Shown here: piece by piece, positions 24,096 to 36,417 of the stretch
Layout: every line of letters begins with the position of its first letter
How positions within the stretch are numbered: position 1 is the first letter of the stretch
Source of the DNA: Octopus bimaculoides
Taxonomy: Eukaryota
DNA length: 36,417 bases
Assembly (NCBI RefSeq): GCF_001194135.2
Contig: NC_068983.1
Coordinates: forward strand, 87,417,605-87,454,021
Reading direction: 5' to 3'
Program-made: the position numbers and the translations under genes
The notes under the pieces: generated by a model
The model's input: the letters and a program-made list of their open reading frames with translations, nothing else
The model's database searches: none
What the model was told of the DNA's origin: nothing

Positions 24096-25078
24096 ATATA
24101 TTCATAAACAGTTTCTATGAACAACCTTTTTCTCTCAAAAACATGCCAGTTTTATTTGATCAGGCTATGATTAATGGTATTCTTGCCATAATCATCCAGT
24201 CCTTTGAAAGAGTTTGTCTTTACCTTATCCAGTACATGTTTTTGAGGCAGATAAAGCAGTGATCATGTGAAATTCCTCTTTCAAGTATCATACAAAGTAC
24301 CTTGCAGCATTTAGTTTTGTATATTTATCTTTTGAGGAGTTGAAATTCCGTTGAAGTCAACATTGTCTCTTATTCTTTTGGAGGAGGGTTTGATAAAATA
24401 AGAAGTTTAAATTTCATCAAAGTTAACACTGCCATTTATCCTTAGACAGCAGTAAAATTCATAATTACATTTAATCATCTGCTCCTATCCTTGTATTTCA
24501 TAATCCCTTGAGATCCTTTTGTCTTTCCATTCCTCTGTGAAAAAATTCTCAAACTATGTAAAACATAAAAAAATGATCAATGCACATTAGGCTATATCTT
24601 ATATATCAGTATCTATGAATTTCAATTCAACCTAGATCCCAACTGGTAGTAACATGTAAACTACACATGTTTTTCTAAGATTGATGATATCCAGCGTTGA
24701 CCTCATGGTTCACATACACATCACACTGTCTACATGTATAAAGAATACAACTTAGTCTTTACTTGTACTAGACACCAGCAACAAATACTTCCAGTTATTC
24801 TGATTCACAATCCCTATTGAACTATTTCAGGTACTACAAGTTGTTAGATTTGTCTTCTTTTTTTTTTTGTGTGTTGAAGCCATCTATCTCTGGACATGTG
24901 TACATCTTCTCTTAGTTCACATTCATATCATATTAGCACTGCTAGTGCAGTCACTGAAATTTTTATGATCATGATCTCTCTACAACAATTCTAAGAAAAA
25001 CAACCTTTCTGAACCTATCACACCGGTTTCCAAACTTGATGGAAACCATCATATACAAATACTTCTTTAATAATCATC

Positions 25079-25301
25079 TTAACCTTTTAGCATTTAATCC
25101 AGCCATATCAGGCCCAAATATTCTACCCATTTTATGTTTAAACTGACTAGATCTGGCCTCTCATACCTATCCTACACTGTTCTAAACCTGAAGTCACATC
25201 ATTGAAATCTCAAAGTTTTGAGATAATACCTGATTAATTCAAAATAATGTGAATAAATAAGCATTCCATTTCACAGAATAATGGGAATGCTTAAAGGTTA
25301 A
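25079..25301. mobile_element. piggyBac-like MITE
   Basis: TTAA-ccttttagcatt ... aatgcttaaagg-TTAA (TTAA duplication; 12-bp TIR with 1 mismatch). Confidence 0.75.
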
Positions 25302-26457
25302 ACTATTCCCCCCAACCCTTTGTCAATTGGAGACTTACTGTCCTGCATCATACATTAAACGTCTCTTGATATTGATAACTTTGGCAAAAGTCATAATGTT
25401 ACCCTTAACATCAGCAAGTCTTTTACTATTCCTAGAATAAGAAACTCAAATCTGAGTTATCCGCCTATGGATTGCCTCCTCCCATCTCATCTCTTGGATA
25501 AGAAGTTTCTTGTCAGACTGCTCTAGGGCACTGACCAATTTCTGACCCACATCCTATTATCAATGCATTATCCCAAGATTCAGTTGTGAACTACACCCTT
25601 CTGTCTATAACTTAATGACCATACTGCTGCCACTATTATCACCATGCACTCTTGTAAAAGTGTCATCCACCTTGAACAATAGCTGCTAAGTTTATTTTGT
25701 TACAGAATGTTATCTAAAAATTGCAGAATATATTCTATATTTTATAGACAACTCCCATCAATCTAATTATAATAAGACATTAAATGAAACAAAAATTATT
25801 TTAGAGAGGGAATTTATTCATAAAAACAAAAATCATTTAATACTTTTGTAAGTTTAAAAACGATGAATTCCATTTTTTTAATGAAATAAACGTTTATTAT
25901 ATTTCATTAAAAGATACCTTATCTCACAGAACCCCAGAATTTTTTCATAAAACTCTGGAGTTCCCTGAAATTCAATTTGGAAAACATCTATGGATTTCAG
26001 TGTCATCAACTTAGACATTTCCCACCAGATTTGCATAGCTTTCATGCACAGAGATTTTAAAAAAGAATCCATGTGCATATAACAGCCTAGCCTCTTTCAA
26101 TGCCACTAAGTTACACATGTCTAGGAAACTGAATTGTTCTCCCACACTGTCTCTTCAGTCATGAACAACACAAAATTGAAATATTCAAAGTTACTACAAC
26201 TGCTTGACACCTTGACTAGTTACTAAACCTCTATTAAGTAGAATTTATATTGAAGTACTGCTTACAATCTGGGACAGTTACTGCTCCTATATACAAGCAC
26301 TCTAAATGAAGGGGAAAAGAAAAAGTTCACTTGCCAACACACTACAACAACTGACTCATAGATGTGTTATTTCTTCTCTCTGTGTTCTACTGATATTATA
26401 ACATTATTGTTACTACTCCTCTGAACTAGATTGCTTCATACATCTTGTGCCCATTAT

Positions 26458-26656
26458 CTTTACTTGCAGCAGTCTGAGGTGCTGCCTTGAAGAGTTTTTT
26501 AGTCAAATGAATCAACCCCAATACGTTTTTTTAAAGCCTGGTACTTATTCTCTTTATCTCTTTTGCAGAACTGCTAAGTAGCAGGGGTGGAAGCACACTA
26601 ACATTGGTTGTCAAGGAGTGGTGGGGGACAAACATAAACACAAAGAGAGAGGGGGG

Positions 26657-26714
<58 letters not shown>

Positions 26715-26870
26715 ATGAGCTCTTTTCAGTTTCCATATAATGAATCCACTCACAAGGCTTTCATTGGCCCAAGACTATAATAAAAGACACTTGCCCAAGG
26801 TGCCATGCAATGGGACTGAACCTGGAACCATGTGGTTGGGAAGCAAGCTTCTTACCACACAGCCACATCC
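26458..26870 (-). mobile_element. Near full-length SINE with internal (GA)n(CA)n
   Basis: Reverse-complement homology to 19910-20329 over both head and tail. Confidence 0.88.
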
Positions 26871-27079
26871 TATCAATTTTTTTCCTTTTCATTACAACTA
26901 TTGTGACTTCACTCCCAGATCCTACATCAAACAGCTTTCATAATCATCCCTTTTCAAAATTAAAACTTTTTGGAATTATTCTCATACTTATGCTAGGGTT
27001 GTTAAGAGCTGTCATAACAATAGGTCTCCAAGAAAAGCAATACACTGGGGCTCCTGTGTGCACAATACAGTATACAATT

Positions 27080-27900
27080 AGTACTGGACTCTCAGACTTG
27101 TAGGGTTCTCAGGCAACTTCCCATTATGCCCATGTTTTGTGACAACACTGCTTTTGTTTTTACTGCAGATGTTAAGATACAGATGTTTAAAATGAACATC
27201 GATCCGTCTAAGAAAGTCTTCAAAGGTCACGAGTACCAGCTTTCCTTCACTAACTAATAATGAAAGGTACAAATACATCTAGAGGGTGAGCAAGTGTTTG
27301 AAAGGTCTTAATTTATAAAAGATTTTTAATTTGGATAATAGTATTTAGTATACATCATTCAGATAATAATATACATTCAGATAATAGTATACATCATTCA
27401 GGTAATATATTAAACCTCCATTTGAGAACTATATTCATGAGTGGCTTAAAGTTGCAAGCAGAAGATGTTGATGTTGGGTATGTATGAATATGGAATGTAA
27501 GAGTGGAGTACAAGGTTATGTCATTGGTGTAGGTTTGTAATTGGTTGGAGATAATAAAGAGACTGTTGTCTAATTAACTGAGCTAAAAAATTTGGTTAAC
27601 ATCAATGAAATATGTTACTAGTCAAGTGCAAAAGTTGATTTAATCAATTGTATCCCCTTACATGTGTGGCATTGTACACACTTAGAAATCAATCATCAAA
27701 ATACAAGGAAAGATTTACAATTCTGATGAAGAAAATTAAATTAGATGGAATCTAGATTTAGTGTGAGAGGAAAGTTAAGTTTGATCACTGTTCTGTTATG
27801 GAGTTCATTCAGTATGGTGGAAGTTGCAGAGTTTGTTGCAATAGTGTGTTATAATAGGGTGAATGATAACAAACAAGTCTGCTTTTGTAGTCACTTGAGA
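27080..27900 (-). mobile_element. Highly decayed Penelope-like remnant (possible RT and GIY-YIG)
   Basis: TNYKPT resembles PLE YxKPT; LRRIDVHF...SSVVTKH resembles GIY-YIG RxxEH...SAVAxH; weak. Confidence 0.35.
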
Positions 27901-27988
27901 CTAATGGAAATGCACTCAACTTGTAAATAATCTAAGTTCATTTCAAACTGAATGCATTAAGATTACATGTTTTGTTTTCTTCTTTCAG

Positions 27989-28221
27989 TGCGGACACTGT
28001 TTATTCAACCTATTCTGCTCGTCCTTCTTTGATTGGTGATCGGCCGCTTGTACTGCAGGATTTTCTTTTTGCAGCTGCAGCTTTCATATGCCATTTGTTC
28101 ACAATTGGTATTTCAGCAAGCATTGGAATAATTGTTATAGAATGGTTACGGGACTTCCCCGAATCCAGAACAATCTTACTTTCTATGCCACCTATGACTT
28201 TTGGAATTACAAGTGCAATTG
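27989..28221 (+). CDS. Exon 4, TM1-TM2 of an SLC16/monocarboxylate-transporter-like MFS protein
   Basis: Strong ttttcttctttcag| acceptor; G|gtaaaa donor; phase 2 start fits exon 3; FLFAAAAFICHLFTIGISASIGIIVIEWLRDFPESRTILLSMPPMTFGITSAIG resembles MCT TM1/TM2, with a phase-1 intron at the position seen in SLC16 genes. Confidence 0.75.
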
Positions 28222-29369
28222 GTAAAAAGATTTTAATTTTTCTAATTTGGTATTGAATGACTACTTTTTCCCTATTTCCATTTTTAAGGTTGCTATTTTC
28301 AAAAAAATTTCTCTAAGATTCATCTAATAACTTTTACAAAGGCACTTTTCATGTAGATGATGTATCTGAGCACTTAATCTCCATGTGGTACATATGCGCG
28401 CATGCACATTATTATCTTGAGTACACTTTAGTGTAGTGGGGATACACACTTTTGAAACAGAACTGTTAGGTATAACTTCTCATAACCTAGATCCTCTTGA
28501 GCAGTTGAGTTCAGTAGATTAATGAAGCATACATTGATTATAACGTTCTTTTGCTGTTTAAGTTGTGAACGTCTATGGTAATTTATATCCAGGCATATGG
28601 AACCAATAGTTTAGCTGTGACTGCTGGGCAACTGCCAGACTATTTCACACCCTATGGAGGCATATACTTTTGAAAACTTTGAGCTATTGCTTTAAGTTTG
28701 CAACACGAATCTTTATTATCAACTATTTGCATCCGACTCCCACCTAAATGGTGCCAGCTTTTGAGTTTCATAAACAGTTGCTTTGTCAAAAACCATGTAG
28801 AACACAAAACTACTAAATTTATTTTAAATTGCAGGAACAAATAATTTAGCAATCTGATTATCTTTATCTAATAGAAAAGAAAATATTTTGGCACACAAAG
28901 TATTTTGAACTAAAGGGCACTTGAATAAATTCATACATGTGCCAAGCAATTAAAAATTTATACCAACTAACATTTTTAATGTTTTTTAGCATAACCAACC
29001 CATCATGTTATGACAATATTTTCACATGTAGTCAAACAGAGAAAAAACTAAACAAATGGACAAACAAAATTAAATGCATAGCTTCCTTGTTAGGAAATAA
29101 TCTTGTCAATTGAGTTGTTAAAATTCAAGTCACATGACAGTTTCAATTTTAGGCACCCCCCACCTGGTAGACACTGTTAATGGTTGGCCTTAGAAACCAT
29201 GCCAAAGTTGACATTGGAGCTTGCTGCAGTCCTACAGCTCCTGAGATTCTGTCAAACTGTGCAGCCCAGCATGGGAAACAGACATTAAATGATAAAGATG
29301 GTGATGCCTCACTTTCTGTGCTTTTCCCTTTTGTAAACTTTGTCAACATTTAAATCAAATAAAGTGATT

Positions 29370-31450
29370 CCTTGACATGTTTAATTGATATAGTTGTTAA
29401 GTTACCTACATTGTTTAATCGATATAGTTGTTAAGTTGCCTAGTCTCTTTTGCAACATTAAGTTATGTAAGTTTTATAAATTTGAACTTTAAGAACTTAG
29501 CTACTGGTAGTGGATGTGTGAGAAGGATCTTTAGAGCAATTGAATCAAGCATTTGATGAGTGTTTTCCTATTTTGCATCACTGTTTTTCCCAAAATTCTT
29601 GTTACCCGTAACTATATTTTCAGTAGATTTTTTTCTTTATAATGTACGTGTAATATAAGAAGCCAAATAAGGAATTACATTGCTGTAGCTATGGGAATCT
29701 CTTTCCAACAAATTGTATGGTGATATCTAAGACAACATAGTAAAAAACTAGTTTTTCTTCAGTAGATCTTCCTGCATCTTCCGGGATTTCATATTCAAAT
29801 TGCCATGTCTTTCTCTCATTTCTAACTTGTTCTGCTTCAAAGGCTGGTAGTATCTCTTATTTCTTAACGATCACACTAACATTGATCAAAAGTTGTTGAA
29901 AACCCATATCACACCTGCAGACCACAAGGTAATTCTTAGTCACTAGTTTTGTAGCTGAATTTAGGTCAGCCTTCTTATTTTTTGTAGTTTGTTTTTATGA
30001 TTGCTTTTAAAATGTACCATTTAAAAAGGGGTACCACAAACTTGAACATACAAATTGCATCAAGTAAGCTTCAGTTTGGGAAATCTTACCCAATGGCTCC
30101 TGTAGAAGTTTCGTCAAAAATCTCCTTTAAAGTATCATATATATTACAAAAATGATATCTCAGTAGTTTCAATGCATCTCTCATTTTGTTTCACTCATTA
30201 GAAAATGTCAACACTGAGTCAAGGCAAAGAAGTAATCATAGATCTGCTAAAACAAACAAAATCTGAAGATACTATTTATTTCCAGGCAATATGTAGCTGT
30301 ATCATTGATTACCAAATTTAAGGAGTCTAGAGGACTCTCTTTGATATGCCATTTTTAAAATCTTTCATGTTACTGCTGTTGTCATACCTTTGACCTTATA
30401 GATTTTCAGTTAGTACTCCTATTTGCTCAAGTTGCCCCAAAACAACTGTCATAAAAGCACCTGAACTCTTCTTTAATAGCACAAATCTCCTCTCCCTAAG
30501 TCCTCATATACAGGTTCATGTATCTCAGTATTTGATGGTTTGATTGCTTCAACAAAGGCACAAAATAATAGAACAATAGTTTGGCTGTTTGTGTGTTAAA
30601 ATTTGCTACCCTATAGCAATTGCTAGAAGCTGTATAAGCTTGTATTGAATATTTTTCCATTATTTCTTTAACTTTAAATCTGTAAATATGTACCTTCATT
30701 TTAGGATCAGCTACATATTCTATAAACTGTAAATGATTGCTTGCACTGTTCAACTTCTTGTTTGTATCTCTGAATGACATAATTTGCATGTCAAGAATTC
30801 TGATTAAAACTATCAAACACTGCAAGATTTATCACCAATATTCTTCTTCATGCCTAATTGTCTACTGGTTTATAGCACCATTTGTTTTTCCTCTAGATAA
30901 ATGCATTTCAAACTCAGTTATATCTGATAGTTTTCTAAATGGTTAGTATTCCTCTCACTTGAAGAAAGAATTTTTCCAGTGTTCATCTAGTCTTTTGAAC
31001 GTATTTCTTACAGGGATGATGCACTATTTTGTTTTGCTAAACAACTTACAGCAAAAACAAAAACAAAAAAATCATGTATTTTGATGTTGAAGTTTTCAAT
31101 CATTATTGGTACACTTATTTGGAATTTACTAGCCTTCTATTGTTTTTTTAATCATTGAGAAAATCTTTTGATACAACCTGCTATGGTCCATGTTGTATTG
31201 GGACAGTTAGCAAGATCACTTAAGGTATAATACCATCTTTTGCAAGCTTTGCAGTACTGGAACTTTTCTTGGCATTCTTTTTCCTTTATATGATTTCTAG
31301 AAATACCTCCAATATGCGAAACTTCTATCCCAGTTCTTATATATTTGTTGTTGGAGCATCACATTCAGATTCTCCAGTGTTAGTTTCAACAAAAGTACAG
31401 CTATGTTCTTGCTCCTAATTTGCTTTCTATATACAAAAGTATTTCAGGAA
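29370..31450 (-). mobile_element. Decayed hAT transposase (ZMYM1-like hAT family), intronic
   Basis: FCFCCKLF (TTF-type Zn finger, ~31050); GQRYDNSSNMK (30363-30395; cf. GQGYDNGxNM); WQFEYE...YYVVLD; IALKILLTHPLPVA (hAT dimerisation domain, ~29500-29540); many stops. Confidence 0.85.
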
Positions 31451-32374
31451 GAAATTTCTGGTTTTGCTTACTCTATGGCTGAGCCCTTTCTGGAAGCATT
31501 CTGGTTAGGCCTGTGTCTGATGATAATATCTCACTTTCTCCCACCAGTTTTGGAGGCCTGGAAGAGGTTAATGAGCACTACACTTACTCATTTGACTTTC
31601 CTTTAAAAATAGTTCCTGATATTGATAGTAATCATAGTTTCTTTGAAGTAACTACAACAAGGATGAAAGCTATTTTTATGTGTCTCTGGGTCACAATAAC
31701 TAGTTAAAGTTAAAAATCTCATGTCCATCATCAGTAAACACCAAACTGGCATAAAGAACAAATACACACAGCAAAATTAAGTGATGAAGTGAATATGAAC
31801 TAGAAACACTGCATGAAAACAAAGTCTTCAGTAGTGTAAGAATCCACTTGTATCATTAGAAAAAGGAATTAAACTGTAAATTTTGACTTTGAAAATCAAA
31901 TCAATGTATTGATAGAATATTGAATATATCTTGACTATGTTTTTGAAAAGTTTACAAATCTTTATTCCTGATTAAAAAACAAAAACACGTGAAACTTTTA
32001 TATTAATTTCAGGAAAAAGAGAACAAAGAAGTATACTAAATTTAGGCAGTCCAAGGAAATTTCCAAAGATTTATCCAGATTTTATGTGCTTTAATATTTC
32101 CTCTCTTTATTTTCAAAAGTTTTTGTTAAAAATCATAATTTTCTAATTTTCAAAATCATTATTAAAAACAAAATCCTTGATAAACTATAAATATTTACTG
32201 AAACAAATGCTTTCTGGCAATAAAATCAAAATAAAATGCTTGCTTCTTTTTAGCATTGACCTCCACAGCCAGCATACCATTGATGCCTTTGATCTAATTA
32301 TATATGTTTCAATTGATATTATGTTTTCTATTGTTTACTTTCTCTTGTTCTAAAAATATGTATTATTAATACAG

Positions 32375-32443
32375 GTTGATGGCTGTTAGATCGATTGTTT
32401 TTGAACTGGTTTCAGCAATGGCTGGAGCTGAATTTGTAAACAT
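32375..32443 (+). CDS. Candidate later exon of the transporter (LMAVRSIVFELVSAMAGAEFVN)
   Basis: attaatacag| acceptor; |gtgagt donor; 69 nt; hydrophobic open frame; linking exons not identified. Confidence 0.4.
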
Positions 32444-33599
32444 GTGAGTCTGAGTACAGGTCACTGATATATGTTTTTAAATTTTATTTATTTATTTATT
32501 TATTTTTCAATTTCAAGACTCATTTTAAATATTTTTTAGTACAATGCATACTCTGTATGTATGTGCATTGCTGTGAATATTTATGTTTTTGTTTCTGATG
32601 TTTGTGTTTGCCACACACATACTGATAAACACCAGTGATAGAATATGAATGCAAGAAAATGATTTTTGTTCTTACTTCTAGATTGGTAGCCTGTATAAAA
32701 CATTTTGTTACAGTCTGTATTGAGCATTTTGTTATCAATGATTATATACATGAATAATAAGATGTTGTGAAAGTGTAGTTTCACTTGAATTTTTATTAGT
32801 TTATTGCATATGGCTTTCACTAACACTGTTTTAAGAAGTTTCCCTGTCTATATATCAATATCTATGAAGTATGTATTTTCACCAAGGTAAACTCTCCCTG
32901 AGAAAATATTTGTATATCTTCATTGCAAAGATGACATATCTCATACAAAATTAGTGCCTGGATAATAGTTTTGTATTTTTACCAGTGAAACCTTTTTCAA
33001 GGAAAAACATTTGCAAAGATATTATGAGATACTTGTAAGTTGTCATCTGTTCATAGTTATCAAATCTTTTAGCAATTAACTTAACTCTGTACAAAATGTT
33101 TTCAGTATATCTTCATCCTCAATCTCTTCTATTGATATCAGTAGGTAATAAAGAATGACAATATTGAGCTTTGTAAGAACTTTGTTGTATCATCCGTTCA
33201 TTATAGCTGCTATATTTTTGGCATACTCAAACTTATCTGCAAATACAAAGTAAATGAGAACAAGCTATTTCAAGTTCTTTGGTTTCATACTTTTTGCCTT
33301 TTGGAGCTAATTTTTGACAGAGTAGTTGCTATGAGTAGTTATTTTGAACAAGTTGATATGACATTTTCTAAGTTACAGGAGAATAAAGCAAATACTTGCT
33401 CTAGCATATAAGAATGAAGTCAGGGTATTGCTGCAAGCCAGTATCTTTCCACAGAATGAATTCCTATATTATTACCCCCTGCTGCAGCAAAAATATCTCC
33501 CACATACACAAGATCATCCAATTCTAGTGTAGGCAAACTACATGAAGGTCTCACTAGTGATGGTAACATGAAAAAAAGCACCAGTACATGCTGCAAAGT

Positions 33600-33712
33600 G
33601 GTTGAAATTAGGAAGGTCATTCAGCTGTAGAAGCCATGCCAATGCAGTCCTCGGGCCTATCAATCTATCCAACCCATGCTAGCATGGAACATGAACATTG
33701 AATGATGATGAT
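33600..33712 (+). mobile_element. RTE 3' end fragment
   Basis: ccaacccatgctagcatggaac...tgatgatgat tail is the reverse complement of the RTE termini at 5481 and 20893. Confidence 0.75.
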
Positions 33713-34114
33713 AAAGAGAAGTAGAATCAGTTGAATTGACTCTTATCTTTTCTTGAAAAATAAAAAGCCAAGTATTAGATTTAAACTCAAAATTAAAGAG
33801 ACAAATTTGAACATCGCAAAGCATTTAGTCCATTGACCTTCACAAGGAGAATATTAACATTTGTTTAAAATGTATTTTAGACCTAATGTAGTTAAAATTG
33901 ATGCTAGATTTAAATAGAATTTTACCATCACAAGTGTATCTTCACAAATGTCTATCAATGCAACTTTTCCCACAACTTATATATGAATACTTTCAATGTA
34001 ATACTTAGTGTAAGGAAAGTAAAAACTTCATGATGTTTTATTTCAGCTGATGATTATATCATTCACATGAACTTGAAGGATGTGATAATTTTCTACTATT
34101 GTATAATGAAAAGG

Positions 34115-34830
34115 ATTGTACATGTTATATTTGTATAATTTAAATATGACTTCGGAATCTCCTGCAACTTTCCTGGATGGTCTCCTTGCTTAAATTGGTG
34201 AATGCTGCCATAATCCTTGCCTTCAGTTCATTTTTGGTGTTACAAGGAGTTTTGTTGGTCTCTCACTCAACTGTGCCCCACACATAATAATCAAGGGGGT
34301 TGCAGTCTGGGGAGTTAGGTAGCCAGATGTTAGGGGTGATGTGGTCACAGAAATTGTCTGCTTGTGTGACCCGGTGCAGAGTCCTGTTGCCAGACATAGG
34401 GTCTTCCAGCAGCGACCCTCTTGACCCAGGGCAGCACTACTTCCTCCAGGAACTTGATGTAGGCTTCTGTATTGAGTCTGTGGCCATGTGGGAAGATTAA
34501 TGCAGGCATAATGTTGCCATCACTAGTGATCACTCTAAACACTATAATGTTTACTGGATGTTTGATTTTTATCACTCTCGGTACATGCCCTCAGATTGAC
34601 ACCTAAACACTCTGAAATGTTTGTATTGGAGCTTCCGGTGCAAATGCCAAGCAGTACAGCATGTTGTTTCTAAATTTCTGGCAGAGTGAACTGCATCATG
34701 GTGCTGTTTTTCTTACAGACAGTGCCCAACTGACCCTACTATACTGTGTAGTTGACAAAATCAAAAACAAACAATGTGCATGTGCTTAATTAAAAATATG
34801 AAATGGTGACAGTTTATCCATCGTACCCTG

Positions 34831-34832
<2 letters not shown>
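34115..34832 (-). mobile_element. Tc1/mariner superfamily remnant (maT/DD37D-like), internally deleted
   Basis: YVWQQDSAP...IWLPNSPDCNPLDYYVWG; one TIR ending accctg-TA at 34830. Confidence 0.85.
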
Positions 34833-34919
<87 letters not shown>

Positions 34920-35339
34920 CAAATGTAAATTGAAAACAGAACACAAAGGATATTGCGGTATACGTGTTTCAACCTTTACACACATACATGTACATGTCTT
35001 TTATAGCCATGCCCCTCCTCCCCAATGCACATATACAGTTTCTCTCAAAACTTCACAACAACCCATCTTTCTAAAACCTATGATCACCACCCACTGCAGG
35101 CCCCACCACTCCCCTGTACATGCCCATCTATACACTTTTCATTCCCTCACATATCTACCATACCCCCTCCTCCATTCACTGTAATATTTCTTACCATCAC
35201 TTGCTACATCCACCTCTTCCCTATCTTTAAACATCTCCCCTCACAATCTTATGAAACATCCCTGTCTGTTCACTTTGTACCACTTATAATTCTCCCCACT
35301 GTTCCCTGTGGTATGTCCTGATGCATCTCCAACACCATC

Positions 35340-35374
<35 letters not shown>

Positions 35375-35499
35375 TCTCATTCTGACTGTCTCTCTCTCTC
35401 TCTCTCTCTCCTCTCATTTCCTACTGGCATAACTATGTATCTCCTCTGTAGTAAGACACTTATCTCCAACCCTCTCTTATACTTTACCTCTCACCTGGG

Positions 35500-35790
35500 C
35501 CAAAACCATTTCCTTTGGTACCTTTCCTAGTCCTAAGCAAGAGATCATTGTCTTGTAAGTTACTTGGCAACCCCACTGTGTTAGTGTCATGTAAAAAGTT
35601 CCAGTGCTGGTACCACATAAAAAGCATCCAGTACACTCTATAAAGTGGTTAGCATTAGGAAGCACATGCAACTGTAAAAAGCGTGCCAAAGCAGGCTGGA
35701 GACTGGTGAAGTTTGCCAGCTTTCCAGATCCTGTCAAACCATCCATCTCATACCAATATGGAAAACAGGCATTAAATTATGATGATAATG
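35500..35790 (+). mobile_element. RTE 3'UTR fragment
   Basis: aaaaagcatccagtacactc...gtcaaaccatcca...tatgatgataatgat tail. Confidence 0.7.
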
Positions 35791-36041
35791 ATTATATATG
35801 TGCATATATATACATGTATGTGTGCATGAGTGTGTGTATCTATATCTTTATATTTATGTATATATAGGCATGGGGTAGTTAACTCCCCTGTCATACATAG
35901 ACTTGTGCTATGTTTATGACTGTAAAGGTCTTTAACTCTTATTTCTGGCGATGCAGGTGCTACAATGCACCCCCAGTAACTATTAGTAACAATTGAATTT
36001 TTCCTTTTTGGTTTTATATTGCATCTAACCACCTTTATTTT

Positions 36042-36417
36042 ATACTAGCAGTATAACCCAAACTTGTCCGGCTGTGACTTATTACGCCATCTACGATAAG
36101 TCTTGCTAGATGAAAATCAACTAAAAAAGAAAGCCTTACAACGAAAAAACCCTTATGATGTAAATACGTTCATAATTCAAAAAACGATGAAATTAATAGG
36201 GAAAGTCTGAAGGCTGTTTTGCGTAACATTATTAAGCATACGTAAATTCCATCCGTCTAACTGGCTATAGAAATGCTTGTGCAAAACAACTTTTTGCGCT
36301 GCCCTGATTATACATAGCAGGGTAATCCCTTTTCGCAGGAGCTAGGATGGCAATTTGTGATGAAGCAATTGCTGGCGATCTGTTGCTACACAGTTTTGCC
36401 AGAATTCTATCAGATTG
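36042..36417 (+). mobile_element. Possible non-autonomous Helitron/Helentron-like element start
   Basis: tatactagcagtataaccc terminus and an abrupt rise in CpG; recognition only; other end lies outside the window. Confidence 0.35.

Noticed and set aside
24600-24990. Possible piggyBac C-terminal Cys motif (YTCRQCDV) on the minus strand
   Set aside because: Too decayed to call
25310-25600. Possible LINE RT motif-6 remnant (VTLNISKS)
   Set aside because: Single weak motif
33420-33620. ORFs open on both strands
   Set aside because: No recognisable domain, ambiguous splice signals

Overview
AT-rich animal genomic DNA, most likely octopus (inferred from recognisable cephalopod-type tRNA-derived SINEs, RTE LINEs and dense CA/TA microsatellites). 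There is a 10-N gap at 19619-19628. Most of the window is decayed mobile DNA: three RTE LINE copies with ORF remnants plus 3'UTR fragments, many SINEs, two mariners, a maT-like Tc1/mariner, a hAT transposase remnant, Penelope-like remnants, a CRE-like LINE end and MITEs. One host gene can be partly reconstructed on the + strand. Four phase-compatible exons (18118-18160, 18676-18701, 18770-19104, 27989-28221) encode a long N/D-rich N-terminus followed by the first helices of an SLC16/MCT-like MFS transporter. The most unusual structures are: (1) a 3'-truncated U1 snRNA retrocopy between ~86-bp direct repeats, inserted in the stem-II loop of a Penelope-type hammerhead ribozyme; (2) a PHD-type C4HC3 finger inside the RTE reverse transcriptase, reconstructed from two copies with complementary deletions; (3) a SINE split over ~4 kb by two RTE insertions into its internal (TA)n tract. 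All family assignments come from motif recognition by eye; no database search was run.
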